Shown: positions 1-10,236 of the stretch, one piece after another
Layout of the letters: each line of letters starts with the position of its first letter
Position numbering within the stretch: position 1 is the stretch's first letter
Assembly (NCBI GenBank): GCA_903827975.1
Contig: CAIKKG010000027.1
Span: 5,403 to 69,402, forward strand
Source: an uncultured bacterium
Lineage (GTDB): Bacteria > Patescibacteriota > Minisyncoccia > UBA6257 > GWB1-50-10
Reading direction: 5' to 3'
Length of the DNA stretch: 64,000 bases
Notes under the pieces: generated by a model
The model's input: the letters and a program-made list of their open reading frames with translations, nothing else
Databases searched by the model: none
Told to the model about the DNA's origin: nothing
Made by a program: the position numbers and the translations under genes

Positions 1-75
1 GGAAGACATCCTTAAAAACCAAGAGTCATCGTTTACTGGTATAATTAAAATAGATTTTTAGTTCAATAAAATATA

Positions 76-1359
76 ATGTTAAATCCAATTCTGAAATATA
101 TGCATTCTAATTCCCGAAGGAGAGCATTCTCACTTGTTGAATTATTAATAATAGTTCTTATTATGTCCGTATTAACGGTTACGGTTTTATCTGTTTTGAA
201 GCCAGCCGAACTTATTAAAGAAGCGCGAGATTCTACGCGGTTGTCTGACTTAGCAAACATAAACTCAGCGCTCGGAGTTTTCAGTGTTAGTACGCGAGGA
301 GTATTTTTGGGTAACCAGAATATCGTTTATGTTTCTATTCCTGATTCAACCTCAACTTGCGCAAATCTAGGATTACCAACACTTCCTACAGGATGGGATT
401 ATTCATGCTCACTAGAATCAAAATATAGAAACGTAGATGGAACTGGCTGGATACCCGCTAATTTTTCTAGCGCTCCGGCTGGCTCACCATTCGCAAGTCT
501 TCCTATCGATCCAGTAAATACAGTAAGCGGATCTTTTTATACCTACTCATTTAGTGGTGGAAAGTGGACACTAGCCACCGCAATGGAGGGAAAGAGAAAC
601 AGGCTTGGTGGAGAGACTGATAAGACGTCTACTGATAGCGGAGTTAACGTAAGTCTTTATGAGGTTGGTAGTAGCATCTCTCTTATCCCAATTGATTATG
701 GAGATAAATCACTTTTTGGCTTGTGGACATTTGATGATACCGGAAGCACTTCAGTTGGTGATTTTTCTGGCGGTAAGCATCTTGGTTTATTATCTCCAGA
801 AGATTTCCACGTTGTAGATGGGTGCCACAAAGGTAGTTGTATATCACATGATGGAACGAAAGATTATCTCAATCTTCCATTAAATTCTTATTTTGGTAAT
901 GATAATGCGTTCACGGTTTTTGCCTGGATTAACACTCCTTCAAATGGAACAGTATTCGGACTTACAAATAAACCACCAAATGGTTTTGGAGGTTGGGGCG
1001 CATCATTCTTGAGTGTTGGTGAAAATGTAATACACGGGTGGGTTTTTAATGGGGAGCAATTTGAAGTATCTAAAACAAGGATGAGTACAAGTATTTCTAA
1101 TGGTTGGCACCTTGTTGCTCTTACATATGATCCATCTGGCGAGGGAGCTGAGGCGATGTATGTTGATGGCGCACTTGTTGCAACAGCCATCGGAAAATAT
1201 AATGTACCACTAACACCAGTTGTCTGGACCACTTACGTTGCATACAATAAACCAATAAAAGTATCTAATTATATGAGTGGGCGTATGGATGACGTGCGAC
1301 TTTACACACGTGCACTTTCCGGAAGCGAGGTATTGGGTGTTTATAACGCAACAAGATAA
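76..1359 (+). CDS. Prepilin-type N-terminal protein with C-terminal LamG/concanavalin-like domain
   Basis: RRAFSLVELLIIV type IV pilin-like N-terminus followed by ARDSTRLSDL; C-terminal WHLVALTYD..MYVDG..GRMDDVRLYTRALS is LamG-like. Confidence 0.8.
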   Translation: MLNPILKYMHSNSRRRAFSLVELLIIVLIMSVLTVTVLSVLKPAELIKEARDSTRLSDLANINSALGVFSVSTRGVFLGNQNIVYVSIPDSTSTCANLGLPTLPTGWDYSCSLESKYRNVDGTGWIPANFSSAPAGSPFASLPIDPVNTVSGSFYTYSFSGGKWTLATAMEGKRNRLGGETDKTSTDSGVNVSLYEVGSSISLIPIDYGDKSLFGLWTFDDTGSTSVGDFSGGKHLGLLSPEDFHVVDGCHKGSCISHDGTKDYLNLPLNSYFGNDNAFTVFAWINTPSNGTVFGLTNKPPNGFGGWGASFLSVGENVIHGWVFNGEQFEVSKTRMSTSISNGWHLVALTYDPSGEGAEAMYVDGALVATAIGKYNVPLTPVVWTTYVAYNKPIKVSNYMSGRMDDVRLYTRALSGSEVLGVYNATR

Positions 1360-1453
1360 ATTTAGATTTTATTCAGTAATTTAACGAAAATAATTGACAC
1401 GCATAATTTATGCGTGTTAATTTGTCTTTAGTACATATATAAAGGAGATTGAG

Positions 1454-1936
1454 ATGGACGCCAAAAAGATGAGGGACTCAATTTCAGCCGACGCTGATGC
1501 GTTGGTCGAAAAAATAAGAGCTTATTCACGAGCTCAAAAGGATTTATGGCAACTTGTTCCATGGCTTTCTTTACACGCATACGCGGGTATAGGGCGATCT
1601 GATGAGAAGGAATATGAAACCGCATTTCGAAATGGCGTGTGGATGATACACGCATCAATGAAGCCAGGACTTTTTGGTAGTTATATTATTGGTATTGATT
1701 GCGCAACAGGAGAGCCATGCAAAGGAACCCATTATTCTGAATTGGCTGATAGTGCCGAAATTTTGAAATGTGCACCATTCATTGAAGAGTTTGATGCTTT
1801 CGAAATTGTTTCACGGTTGAATGAAGAACATGTTTTATATCTTTCGCGTAATGGAGGAAAGAGAGAGCAGTTTTGTATTCAGACGGCCGATAGAATTGGA
1901 CTAAAGGAAGTGTTTACACGCAATGAAAAAAAATGA
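1454..1936 (+). CDS. Hypothetical protein, paralog of 2074..2565
   Basis: SD AAAGGAG, TTGACA at 1394, terminator at ~1950-1978; shares IRAYS..QKxLWQ.VP.L.L and DCATG with the next ORF. Confidence 0.75.
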   Translation: MDAKKMRDSISADADALVEKIRAYSRAQKDLWQLVPWLSLHAYAGIGRSDEKEYETAFRNGVWMIHASMKPGLFGSYIIGIDCATGEPCKGTHYSELADSAEILKCAPFIEEFDAFEIVSRLNEEHVLYLSRNGGKREQFCIQTADRIGLKEVFTRNEKK

Positions 1937-1948
1937 AATTAGTTTTTT

Positions 1949-1978
1949 TAAAACCCCCGCATAAAGCGGGGGATTTTT
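1949..1978. terminator. Intrinsic terminator; near-identical copy at ~2587-2616
   Basis: AAAACCCCCGC-ATAAA-GCGGGGGATTTTT. Confidence 0.8.
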
Positions 1979-2073
1979 ATAACATCAAAAACTCGTCGGA
2001 TTGCGCACTTGCCATGTGTGTGTGTTTTGTGGTACTTTGCGGACAGTACAAAAGCCCAAAAGGAGGCTCGCAT

Positions 2074-2565
2074 ATGGATACTATGATTTTTGGTTTAAGC
2101 CTTAAAACGCTTAGTTCAAAAGTGGACGAGCTTGTAGAATTTATTCGCGCATATTCTCTGAAACAGAAAGAGTTATGGCAACAAGTTCCATATCTAGCAC
2201 TTCAAGTGGACAGCAGAAGTGGTTCCTCATACGAGTATTCACTTGCATATCAAAAAGGTTTTTGGAGAATTGAGTCCTCCATAATCATTAGCTATTATAG
2301 CGTTGTAGTTGATTGTGCAACCGGAAGATTGGTGTGTATGGCTAATACCTCAGAGGATGCTCGTGCAAGTGATCTTATTCGGTGCGCCGCTCGGCTCGAA
2401 GATCTTGATGCTAATGCGGTTTTGAATGAATTACGCAAAAAGGTACAAGAACCGCATTTTAAAGGATGTGATATTGTAAAAAGTGAGACGCGCAGAAAGA
2501 AAATACAACAAGGGCTGGATCTTAAAGAATTATATGTGCGGAATTGCACTCTGTCTCAGTTATAG
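2074..2565 (+). CDS. Hypothetical protein, paralog of 1454..1936 (start reassigned from 1933)
   Basis: AAAGGAGG SD precedes ATG 2074; the longer ORF from 1933 runs through a terminator hairpin. Confidence 0.75.
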   Translation: MDTMIFGLSLKTLSSKVDELVEFIRAYSLKQKELWQQVPYLALQVDSRSGSSYEYSLAYQKGFWRIESSIIISYYSVVVDCATGRLVCMANTSEDARASDLIRCAARLEDLDANAVLNELRKKVQEPHFKGCDIVKSETRRKKIQQGLDLKELYVRNCTLSQL

Positions 2566-2614
2566 TTCTCTTCGGACTAGATATTTAAAACCCCCGCACA
2601 AAGCGGGGGATTTT

Positions 2615-3604
2615 TTATTTAGAAAGTCCTAATTTTCTTTTTACTGTCTCCATCTTTTTTTCAGCAATTTTTCTAGCGGTTTTATTTCCTTTTTCTAATA
2701 TAGTTTTCAACAAAGTTTTATTCTTTGAAAACTCCTTTTTCTTTTTTTGGAATTCGGTAAGTGATGAGATAACAACTTCAGCTAAGTCTCTTTTGAAATC
2801 AGCATACCCCTTGCCAATGTAGCGATTTACAATCATATCAATCTTTTCTCCACTCATTGCAGAGTAGAGCATTAAAAGATTTGCCATTGCGGGACGCGCC
2901 TCCTTGTCGTATCCAACTTCTCTCTCCGAATCAGTAACAGCGCTCATTATTTTCTTTCTTATTACTTCTGGTGAGTCATCCACAAAGACACATCCTGCTG
3001 GGCGCGACTTTGACATCTTCTTTGTTGGATCGTCGAGACTCATGAGACGTTCTACATTTGTCATGAGTGGTTTTGGTTCTGCAAACGTATTTCCAAATTT
3101 AGCATTGAACTTTCTTACTAGTGTTCTTGCAAGCTCAAGATGTTGAAGTTGGTCATGTCCAACTGGAACGAATTTTGCATCATAAATTAAAATATCAGAC
3201 GCCATTAGAACCGGATAATCAAATAATCCAACCATTCTTTTTTCCTGAATGTCTCCAGACTTATCTTTGAACTGCGTCATGCGCTCCAACTCGCCCATTG
3301 GGGTTAGTGTGTTAAGAACCCACATTAGTTCTGTGTGTGCTGGAATTGCAGACTGCTGGAATATAACGCATTTTTTGGGATCTAATCCCGCAGCAAGATA
3401 GTCGAGTGCCACATTCATAATCTGCTTTTGTTTTTCCTTCGGGTTGTACTCCTCGGTCATTGAGTGAAGGTCCGCCACGAAGAAGAAGCACTCGTACTTA
3501 CCTGAATTCTGAAGGGCCACAAAATTTTTTAGCGCGCCCAAATAATTTCCGAGATGAAGATTTCCCGTTGGTTGAATGCCTGATACAAGAACAGCCTTTT
3601 TCAT
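2615..3604 (-). CDS. trpS: Tryptophanyl-tRNA synthetase
   Basis: SGIQPTGNLHLGNYLGA, VPVGHDQLQHLE, KMSKS. Confidence 0.97.
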   Translation of the reverse strand: MKKAVLVSGIQPTGNLHLGNYLGALKNFVALQNSGKYECFFFVADLHSMTEEYNPKEKQKQIMNVALDYLAAGLDPKKCVIFQQSAIPAHTELMWVLNTLTPMGELERMTQFKDKSGDIQEKRMVGLFDYPVLMASDILIYDAKFVPVGHDQLQHLELARTLVRKFNAKFGNTFAEPKPLMTNVERLMSLDDPTKKMSKSRPAGCVFVDDSPEVIRKKIMSAVTDSEREVGYDKEARPAMANLLMLYSAMSGEKIDMIVNRYIGKGYADFKRDLAEVVISSLTEFQKKKKEFSKNKTLLKTILEKGNKTARKIAEKKMETVKRKLGLSK

Positions 3605-3678
3605 ATTTCTTAGTATAATGCGTTTTTTGTGATAAACAAAATCCCGCCTTCTACTAATAGTTGGCGGGATTAAGGTAT

Positions 3679-5577
3679 TTATATTTCTATAATAACCGGC
3701 AGTATCATTGGTCTTCGTTTCGTCTTGTTAAAGAGGAATAAACCAATCTGGTCGCGAATAAGAGTTTTTAAATAATCAGGGTCAAGATTTTCTCTATTTG
3801 GAATTCTTCCTATGATATTCCTGATTCTTTTCCTTACCTCTTCCAGTAATTCCTGATTCTCCTTCAGATAAATAAATCCGCGAGAAATAATATCAGGATT
3901 TTTTAGAATTTTTCCGTCCTGTTTAGCGAGTGTTGTTATTATGACAACCATACCTTCCTGTGAGAGGGTAATGCGATCGCGCAAAACAATCTCACCTACA
4001 TCACCGACGCCAAGTCCATCAACCATAACGTAAGCTGATTCAACCTGCTCGTCAGTTTTTATAACCTTATCTGAATATAGTTCAACGACATGACCATTAT
4101 CCGTTAGGATTGTATTTTCAGGTTTAAGTCCTATGGCCTCCTGTGCTGTTCTGGCATTTCTCCAACGCAAGAAATAATATCCATGCATAGGAATAAAGTG
4201 CTTAGGCTTAACAAGTTCTATAACAGCCCTTAATTCTCCCTGAGGTGCGTGACCGGATGAGTGAATGCTAAGCATCTTGTTGTGATAAACAAGAGCTCCC
4301 TGACGCGCAAAGTTATCGCGCAATGTCTGGACTCCGCGCTCATTTCCAGGAATTACTCCTGAAGACAAGACAACACTGTCACCTGACCTTAGTTTGATGT
4401 GCTTGTGTTCGCCGTTTGCGATGCGCATAAAGCTTCCGTTTGGTTCGCCTTGTGAGCCAGTGCAAAGGAGCATTAATTTATTGTCCTTGTGTTTGTGAAT
4501 TTCTTCGAGCGGAATGAATGTATCTTTTTTAAACTTAAGGTAGCCAAGGTTTTGAGCAATCTGCAGGTTCGTCTTCATTGAGAGTCCGCTTATTGCAACC
4601 TTTCTGCCTAGTTTTTCAGCAATCTTTATAATCTCACCCAATCTGTCTAAGAGTGATGAGAATGTTCCAACAAGAATGCGTCCTTCAGCGGCTGCAAAAA
4701 CTTTCTCAAGTTCTGCCTCAACAACGCGCTCAGACATTGATAATCCTGGCACCTCAGCATTTGTTGAATCAAGAAGAAGCGTGTGGATGCCTTCTTCTCC
4801 AACGCGCTTCCATGTTTCTATGCCAAGTGGTTTTCCGTCCGTATCATAATCAAATTTAAATTCTCCCGGGTGAACAACATTTCCTATTGGCGTTCGGAAA
4901 ATAATTCCTATTCCATCTGGAATGTTGTGAACCACATCAAAGAATGTTGCAGAAAAATATCTACCAAACTGATGAGTCTCTCCACCTTTAACAAGTTGGA
5001 ATCTCGGCTTTGGAGCGTTTGGAAAATCTTCCTGTCGTTTTAAAATAATTTCTTTTGATAAAAGAGTTGTGTAAATTGGTGGATTACCAAGCTTTTCCAT
5101 GATGTGGGGGATTGCTCCAATGTGATCATAGTGTGCGTGGGTAATAACCATCGCCTTAATTTTATTTCTGCTTTGTTCAAGATATGTGATGTTCGGAATT
5201 ATGTAGTCTACTCCGGGAGTATTTTCTTCTGGAAATCCAAGTCCGGCATCAATAATAATGATTTCATCTTTATACTCCATCATCATCATGTTGCGGCCGA
5301 TTTCTCCGAATCCGCCCAAAGCAATGAAGCGAAGTGGTTCTTCACCACTTACGTGTTTTGGTGCTGTGCGCTGTAAAACAGGCAATGCTGCGCGCGTAGG
5401 TCGTGGACGTGTGTTCCTATAACTCTCAGTCCTCCCACGTGAATGCGGGCGTGTTGCTGAGTGAGTATGAACTCCGTCGTGACTACCAGGCCTTGTTGTT
5501 GCCTTGGTATGCGTATGTGGACTTTTATGTTGATTTGTTGACCCGTGTTCTCGGGGTTTTTGTGGTTGTGTTACCAT
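3679..5577 (-). CDS. rnj: Ribonuclease J with ~80-aa low-complexity N-terminal extension
   Basis: LGGFGEIGRNM, THAHYDHIG, HSSGHA, RRPMILPVIIEI. Confidence 0.95.
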   Translation of the reverse strand: MVTQPQKPREHGSTNQHKSPHTHTKATTRPGSHDGVHTHSATRPHSRGRTESYRNTRPRPTRAALPVLQRTAPKHVSGEEPLRFIALGGFGEIGRNMMMMEYKDEIIIIDAGLGFPEENTPGVDYIIPNITYLEQSRNKIKAMVITHAHYDHIGAIPHIMEKLGNPPIYTTLLSKEIILKRQEDFPNAPKPRFQLVKGGETHQFGRYFSATFFDVVHNIPDGIGIIFRTPIGNVVHPGEFKFDYDTDGKPLGIETWKRVGEEGIHTLLLDSTNAEVPGLSMSERVVEAELEKVFAAAEGRILVGTFSSLLDRLGEIIKIAEKLGRKVAISGLSMKTNLQIAQNLGYLKFKKDTFIPLEEIHKHKDNKLMLLCTGSQGEPNGSFMRIANGEHKHIKLRSGDSVVLSSGVIPGNERGVQTLRDNFARQGALVYHNKMLSIHSSGHAPQGELRAVIELVKPKHFIPMHGYYFLRWRNARTAQEAIGLKPENTILTDNGHVVELYSDKVIKTDEQVESAYVMVDGLGVGDVGEIVLRDRITLSQEGMVVIITTLAKQDGKILKNPDIISRGFIYLKENQELLEEVRKRIRNIIGRIPNRENLDPDYLKTLIRDQIGLFLFNKTKRRPMILPVIIEI

Positions 5578-6013
5578 TTTTTTATTTACTTTTGTTACTA
5601 ATTTAGGATTTCCTTTCTTTAAAAACTGATTCTAAACTCATTAAACAAAAATTGTTTTAATTTATATTTTAGTTTGATCAATCAGAGAATGCGCGCTGTG
5701 CTTAACTTTCGATTCTGTATATTGTTCACATATACGCATCCCTAACTGAATGTATTAACCCAAATCACTTTAAGTAATTTTAGGTTTTAAAATTTATTGG
5801 ATTGTTATAGGTTTAATTTTACTTACTTATTTTTATATTTTTTGTTGTAACTTAATTAAATACAAATTCAATTCAATGTTGGCAGTGGCGGAGACTTTAT
5901 TCATGACTCTTGTTCGTCAATATGCCCTTTTCAAGTTTTCTCACTTTATGCCACCGCCTACAGCGGGGCACTGAATTTTGTATTCGCTCGCTGACTTGCG
6001 AACAAAATTCGTG

Positions 6014-6097
6014 TGGGCAGAGCGGGACTTGAACCCGCAAGCTCTTGCGAGCACAGCGACCTGAACGCTGCGTGTCTGCCAATTTCACCACCTGCCC
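6014..6097 (-). tRNA. tRNA-Leu(CAG)
   Basis: GGGCAGG acceptor, CAGCG-TTCAGGT-CGCTG anticodon arm, long variable arm, GGTTCAAGTCC T-arm. Confidence 0.95.
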
Positions 6098-6283
6098 TTC
6101 ATGTGTCAGACAACTAACAATAATCCAAGCTGAGCGGTTTTTAAAGCTCTCAATTCTTCCGAATGGCTTTGTGTTTGTGCACAAAACGACTAATCCCTGA
6201 ATCCAACTTGGTAGTCAGACTCAAGTAAAGGAGTAAAAGCTTGAGTTGACTATACACAACATACCCCGATTTGTCAATGTGAT

Positions 6284-7933
6284 TTATTTTAATATTCTGA
6301 CACTGGATAGATTCCACTCAGCTACATTTGTGAACCTGTCCTCTGGAGAGGTGATAGAGCCAGGATTAAAACCGTTTAAAAGAGAGGAGTGAACATAGAA
6401 ATATGGCATAGAGAATAAGAATGTTGCCGGAGCATCGTTCTTTAATATTGTCTCCACGCGCTCAAGATTCTTCTTTTGTGTTTCTGGGTCATTCTTCTGA
6501 CGAACTACTTCCATTAATCCATCTGCTTCTGTGTTTTGATATATGGAAAGATTTAATCCTGGGTAGAAGCGTTGTGATGAGTGCCAGAAAGGGAATAGGT
6601 CTGCAGGATTCTCATATACATTTCCAAATAAAAGCAACTCATAATTTCTAGTTTTTACATAATCATTCATTAATGTCGCTGTGTCGTCTTCCGTTATTGT
6701 TACTTCTGAAATACCAGAACTTAGCCAATCTTCTTTAATTTGCTCAGCAACTTTTTTCAAGAATGGGACCTTTGGTATTACAAGGTTTAGTTTTATTTCT
6801 TTATTTTTTAATCCCGCGATTAATCTGGATGCAACTTCTGGGTCATATGAAGGAATAGAATCGGTAGGCGTCCATTGAGGTATTACTTTTTCTGCTAGTG
6901 TTGTCTGTGGTTCAAAAGAAACAAGGTTTTTAAAGAGTGGTGAGTCCATTGAGGATACGTTTCCTTTAAATATCTCGCTTTTTATTTTTTCCTTATTGAT
7001 TGCCATTCCAAGCGCTACCCTAAGATTCTTATCTTTCAACTCAGGATTATTTATTGCGTTCATAAAAATCGCATAGTATCTTGGCATATCAACATTCTCA
7101 ATTTTTACGCGTGGTAGGCTTTGTGTTTCTGCACCAAGAGGTAATGAACTTCCAAAACCATCGATTCTACGAAGGCGTAGATCTTTTAATAAGTCCTCAG
7201 ATGATGAATAAAAATCAAACGCAAACTGCTCTATGTAAGGTTTTTGTCCCTCAAAATTCTCGTTAGTTATAAGTTTATACTCTGTTATGAATCCATCCTT
7301 TCTTTTTGAAAAAGCGGAAAATTTATAAGGTCCACTTCCAATCGGTTCGAGGTTATATTCAGAAAGCGAAATATTTTCTATTGGAATTGAGCCAAATATA
7401 TGTTTAGGAATTAAGCGCGTGTTTTTTAAATTTTTTGTGAAAAATACATAAGGTGAGGGGAGTATGAATTTAACTTGTAACTGACTTACGCGCTCCATCT
7501 CTACACCCTGCCAATCTTTAATAAGTGCCGAACGCGCGTCAGGATTTTGGATCGTTTGTATTGTAAAGATTATATCATCACTTGTAAGCGGTTCTTTATC
7601 ACTCCATACAAGGCCCTCTTTTAGTTTCACTGAGTACTCCCTCCCATCGTCTGAAATTTTCCAGTCTGAGATTAGTGATGTCATGTCAGAATATACAAGT
7701 GCTGATATATCTCTATCTGTCTGGTTTGATGAGAATATTGGATTTATCATGATTGGCTGCCCAACGACACCCTCCGTATATGAACCGCCACGCACAGGTG
7801 CTGAGGCGCCCTTCTCCTCAATTGTTTTTGCAATTGTTACAGTAAGCGCAAAAACAAAAATTGCGAATGCAATCGTAAGTGTTACGCGTTCTTTCTGGGA
7901 GATAGATTTCAATAATAGTTTTAGTGTTTGCAT
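6284..7933 (-). CDS. ABC transporter substrate-binding protein, family 5 (peptide/nickel)
   Basis: N-terminal TM; GGSYTEG, WSDKEPLTSDDIIFT, PIGSGPYKF. Confidence 0.88.
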   Translation of the reverse strand: MQTLKLLLKSISQKERVTLTIAFAIFVFALTVTIAKTIEEKGASAPVRGGSYTEGVVGQPIMINPIFSSNQTDRDISALVYSDMTSLISDWKISDDGREYSVKLKEGLVWSDKEPLTSDDIIFTIQTIQNPDARSALIKDWQGVEMERVSQLQVKFILPSPYVFFTKNLKNTRLIPKHIFGSIPIENISLSEYNLEPIGSGPYKFSAFSKRKDGFITEYKLITNENFEGQKPYIEQFAFDFYSSSEDLLKDLRLRRIDGFGSSLPLGAETQSLPRVKIENVDMPRYYAIFMNAINNPELKDKNLRVALGMAINKEKIKSEIFKGNVSSMDSPLFKNLVSFEPQTTLAEKVIPQWTPTDSIPSYDPEVASRLIAGLKNKEIKLNLVIPKVPFLKKVAEQIKEDWLSSGISEVTITEDDTATLMNDYVKTRNYELLLFGNVYENPADLFPFWHSSQRFYPGLNLSIYQNTEADGLMEVVRQKNDPETQKKNLERVETILKNDAPATFLFSMPYFYVHSSLLNGFNPGSITSPEDRFTNVAEWNLSSVRILK

Positions 7934-7989
7934 AAGCTGTCTCGCTTTATGGTATCAAAAATCCCCTCAAGGGGGAATATCTGATTTTT

Positions 7990-8208
7990 TTACTTTCCAA
8001 GTACTAGACTTGCAATAGCGAGCGCTCCAAAAGTAAACGCAATTGCGAGTGTCGCCCAATATATAACTTTCTCAAGTCCGCGGCGTGTCTGGTATGAAGA
8101 ACCAGCCCCACCTCCGAAAAGCCCACCAGTCCCCGCGGAGCGTTCCTGAATGAGGATTAACCCTATCAACGCAACAGACAATATCATTTGTGTAATTTGT
8201 AGTGCCAT
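7990..8208 (-). CDS. secG: Preprotein translocase subunit SecG
   Basis: LILIQER..GGLFGG..YQTRRGLEK with two TM helices. Confidence 0.9.
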   Translation of the reverse strand: MALQITQMILSVALIGLILIQERSAGTGGLFGGGAGSSYQTRRGLEKVIYWATLAIAFTFGALAIASLVLGK

Positions 8209-8212
8209 ATAA

Positions 8213-8584
8213 TTATTCTTCTTTATACATACTTCTACCTATTGGTCCTAGAACCATGGTGACAAATGTCACGATGAGTGTTCCGTAAACTAATGGAAGA
8301 GTCCCTTGGATTGTAAGCGCCTCCGAAAAAATGTCAAGAATATAAAGGGTCGCTGCGTTTACTACCAATGAAAAAAGACCAAGTGTTAAGAGAATTAAGG
8401 GAATCGAGAAAAAGGAAAGGATCGGCTTAATAAATGCATTAATAAGTGTGAGAATCGCTGCGGTTGTGAGCACTGCGACAATATTGTTTGTTTGGAATAA
8501 AAATCCACTAACAAAATAAGCAGCAACCCAGAGCGCGACTACATTTGAAAACGTATTGAATATAAATTTTCCTAAAAGTTTCAT
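8213..8584 (-). CDS. Phage holin family 4-TM membrane protein (YvlD-like)
   Basis: LINAFIKPIL..IPLILLTLGLFSLVVNA. Confidence 0.85.
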   Translation of the reverse strand: MKLLGKFIFNTFSNVVALWVAAYFVSGFLFQTNNIVAVLTTAAILTLINAFIKPILSFFSIPLILLTLGLFSLVVNAATLYILDIFSEALTIQGTLPLVYGTLIVTFVTMVLGPIGRSMYKEE

Positions 8585-8591
8585 TTGTTAA

Positions 8592-10151
8592 TTATAGCAT
8601 CAGCTGACTAATTAGACTCTCTCCAGTCATCTCATTAGGCTTTGGTATATTCATAAGCTCAAGAATTGTCGGAGCTACATCAGAAAGGAGACCAATTTTA
8701 GCTAGGTGTGGTGAGCTAGTAAGTGGAACCCTTCTTTTGAATTTTGGATCAACAAGGTAGAAGGGAACTGGGCTTGTATCGTGTCGTGTTTCTGGTCCAC
8801 CAGTAGCGAGATCTATTAAGACCTCAGCATTGCCATGGTCTGATGTAATAATAAGCGTGTGACCTCCTTTTACAGCAACATCAAAAAGTCGCGAGAGTTC
8901 TTTATCTATTATTTTTATTGCTGCTAGTGTGGCGTCAAAATTTCCAGTGTGCGCCAAAATATCAGGGTTTGCATAATTTAATACAATAAAATCAAAAGCA
9001 CCCTCGTTTATCGCGTTTATCGCGCGCTCAGTTATTGAGGCGGCCATCATCTCAGGGCGTGTTTCAGGGTGAAGTGTGTCTATAGAAGGAACAAGTACAT
9101 GAAACTCATCGTTATTTAGCTTGTCACTTAGACCATTAAAGAAATAAGTTACGTGAGCATATTTCTGTGTCTCGGCAATGTGCAACTGCCTCAGACCATG
9201 ATCCGAAATAACCTTACTAAGTGACTCAGTAATTTTTTCGTTTGGAAAGGCAACATGGGCGACAGGTGATTCAGTGTAACCAGTCATTGTTGCTATATAG
9301 GTATTCTCCAATTTTTTTGTTGGAAACTTATCGAACTCAGCATTTAGAAATGTTGATGATATCTGACGCATGCTGTCTTCGCGGTAATTAAAGAAGATAA
9401 CAGAATCATTTGACTTAATTGGATGTGGCTCTGTAATTGTTGCTGGTTCAATATACTCATCATTGAAACCATGTTTATATGCAGACTCAACTACATCTTC
9501 AAATTTTTGTATAATTGGTTTCTCCTCGGTTAGAATCTCATACGCCTTTTGCGTTCTCTCCCAATGATCGTCACGATTCATCGCGTAGTATCTGCCCATT
9601 ATGCTTACTATTTCTCCAACGCCAAAGTCAGCAATTTTAGAGCGCACATATAATATGAGTTCTTCGGCAGATTTTGGTGGGCTATCGCGTCCATCTGTAA
9701 TAACGTGGATATAAAGTTTCTTACAATTTTCGCGCGAGGCCATATCAATAAGCGCTCCGATGTGCTGAAGGGAGGCGTGAACATTTCCTTTTGTCATCAG
9801 ACCTATTAGATGAACAGCCGAATCATTTTTTTCCGCGTGCGTAAAAGCTCCGTGCAAGGCCTCGTTTTTGAAAAACTCACCAGACTCAATCGAAAGTGTA
9901 ATTTTTGGATAGTGCTGATAAATTATGCGTCCAGTGCCAATTGTGAGGTGGCCGACCTCACTATTACCCTCTTCTTCCCATGGGAGCCCAATAGCAATGC
10001 CAGATGCCTGTAGGGCACCAGATGGATAATTCTTTTCAATTAAATCTATTGTTTTTGGATGTGCAGCATAGATTGGATTTGATTCATCCATAAGACCAAT
10101 GCCCCAACCATCAAGAATCGCGAGTACTACAGTTTTTTTCATTCTATTCAT
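8592..10151 (-). CDS. gpmI: 2,3-bisphosphoglycerate-independent phosphoglycerate mutase (start 10151 or 10142)
   Basis: LAILDGWG, GNSEVGH, DGRD, AETQKYAHVTYFFNG, TSDHGNAE. Confidence 0.95.
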   Translation of the reverse strand: MNRMKKTVVLAILDGWGIGLMDESNPIYAAHPKTIDLIEKNYPSGALQASGIAIGLPWEEEGNSEVGHLTIGTGRIIYQHYPKITLSIESGEFFKNEALHGAFTHAEKNDSAVHLIGLMTKGNVHASLQHIGALIDMASRENCKKLYIHVITDGRDSPPKSAEELILYVRSKIADFGVGEIVSIMGRYYAMNRDDHWERTQKAYEILTEEKPIIQKFEDVVESAYKHGFNDEYIEPATITEPHPIKSNDSVIFFNYREDSMRQISSTFLNAEFDKFPTKKLENTYIATMTGYTESPVAHVAFPNEKITESLSKVISDHGLRQLHIAETQKYAHVTYFFNGLSDKLNNDEFHVLVPSIDTLHPETRPEMMAASITERAINAINEGAFDFIVLNYANPDILAHTGNFDATLAAIKIIDKELSRLFDVAVKGGHTLIITSDHGNAEVLIDLATGGPETRHDTSPVPFYLVDPKFKRRVPLTSSPHLAKIGLLSDVAPTILELMNIPKPNEMTGESLISQLML

Positions 10152-10236
10152 ACTATTATAAGCGATAATTGCTAACTCACAATGCAGTGCTATAATTACA
10201 CAAGTAACCAAACCGCTCTTTTATAAAGGGGGATAT

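Noticed and set aside
1933-2073. N-terminal extension of the 210-aa ORF; also long starts at 10211, 15445, 24369, 29593, 49060 and 52987
   Set aside because: These extensions cross terminators or promoters, or precede the recognisable domain start; better-supported downstream ATGs exist.
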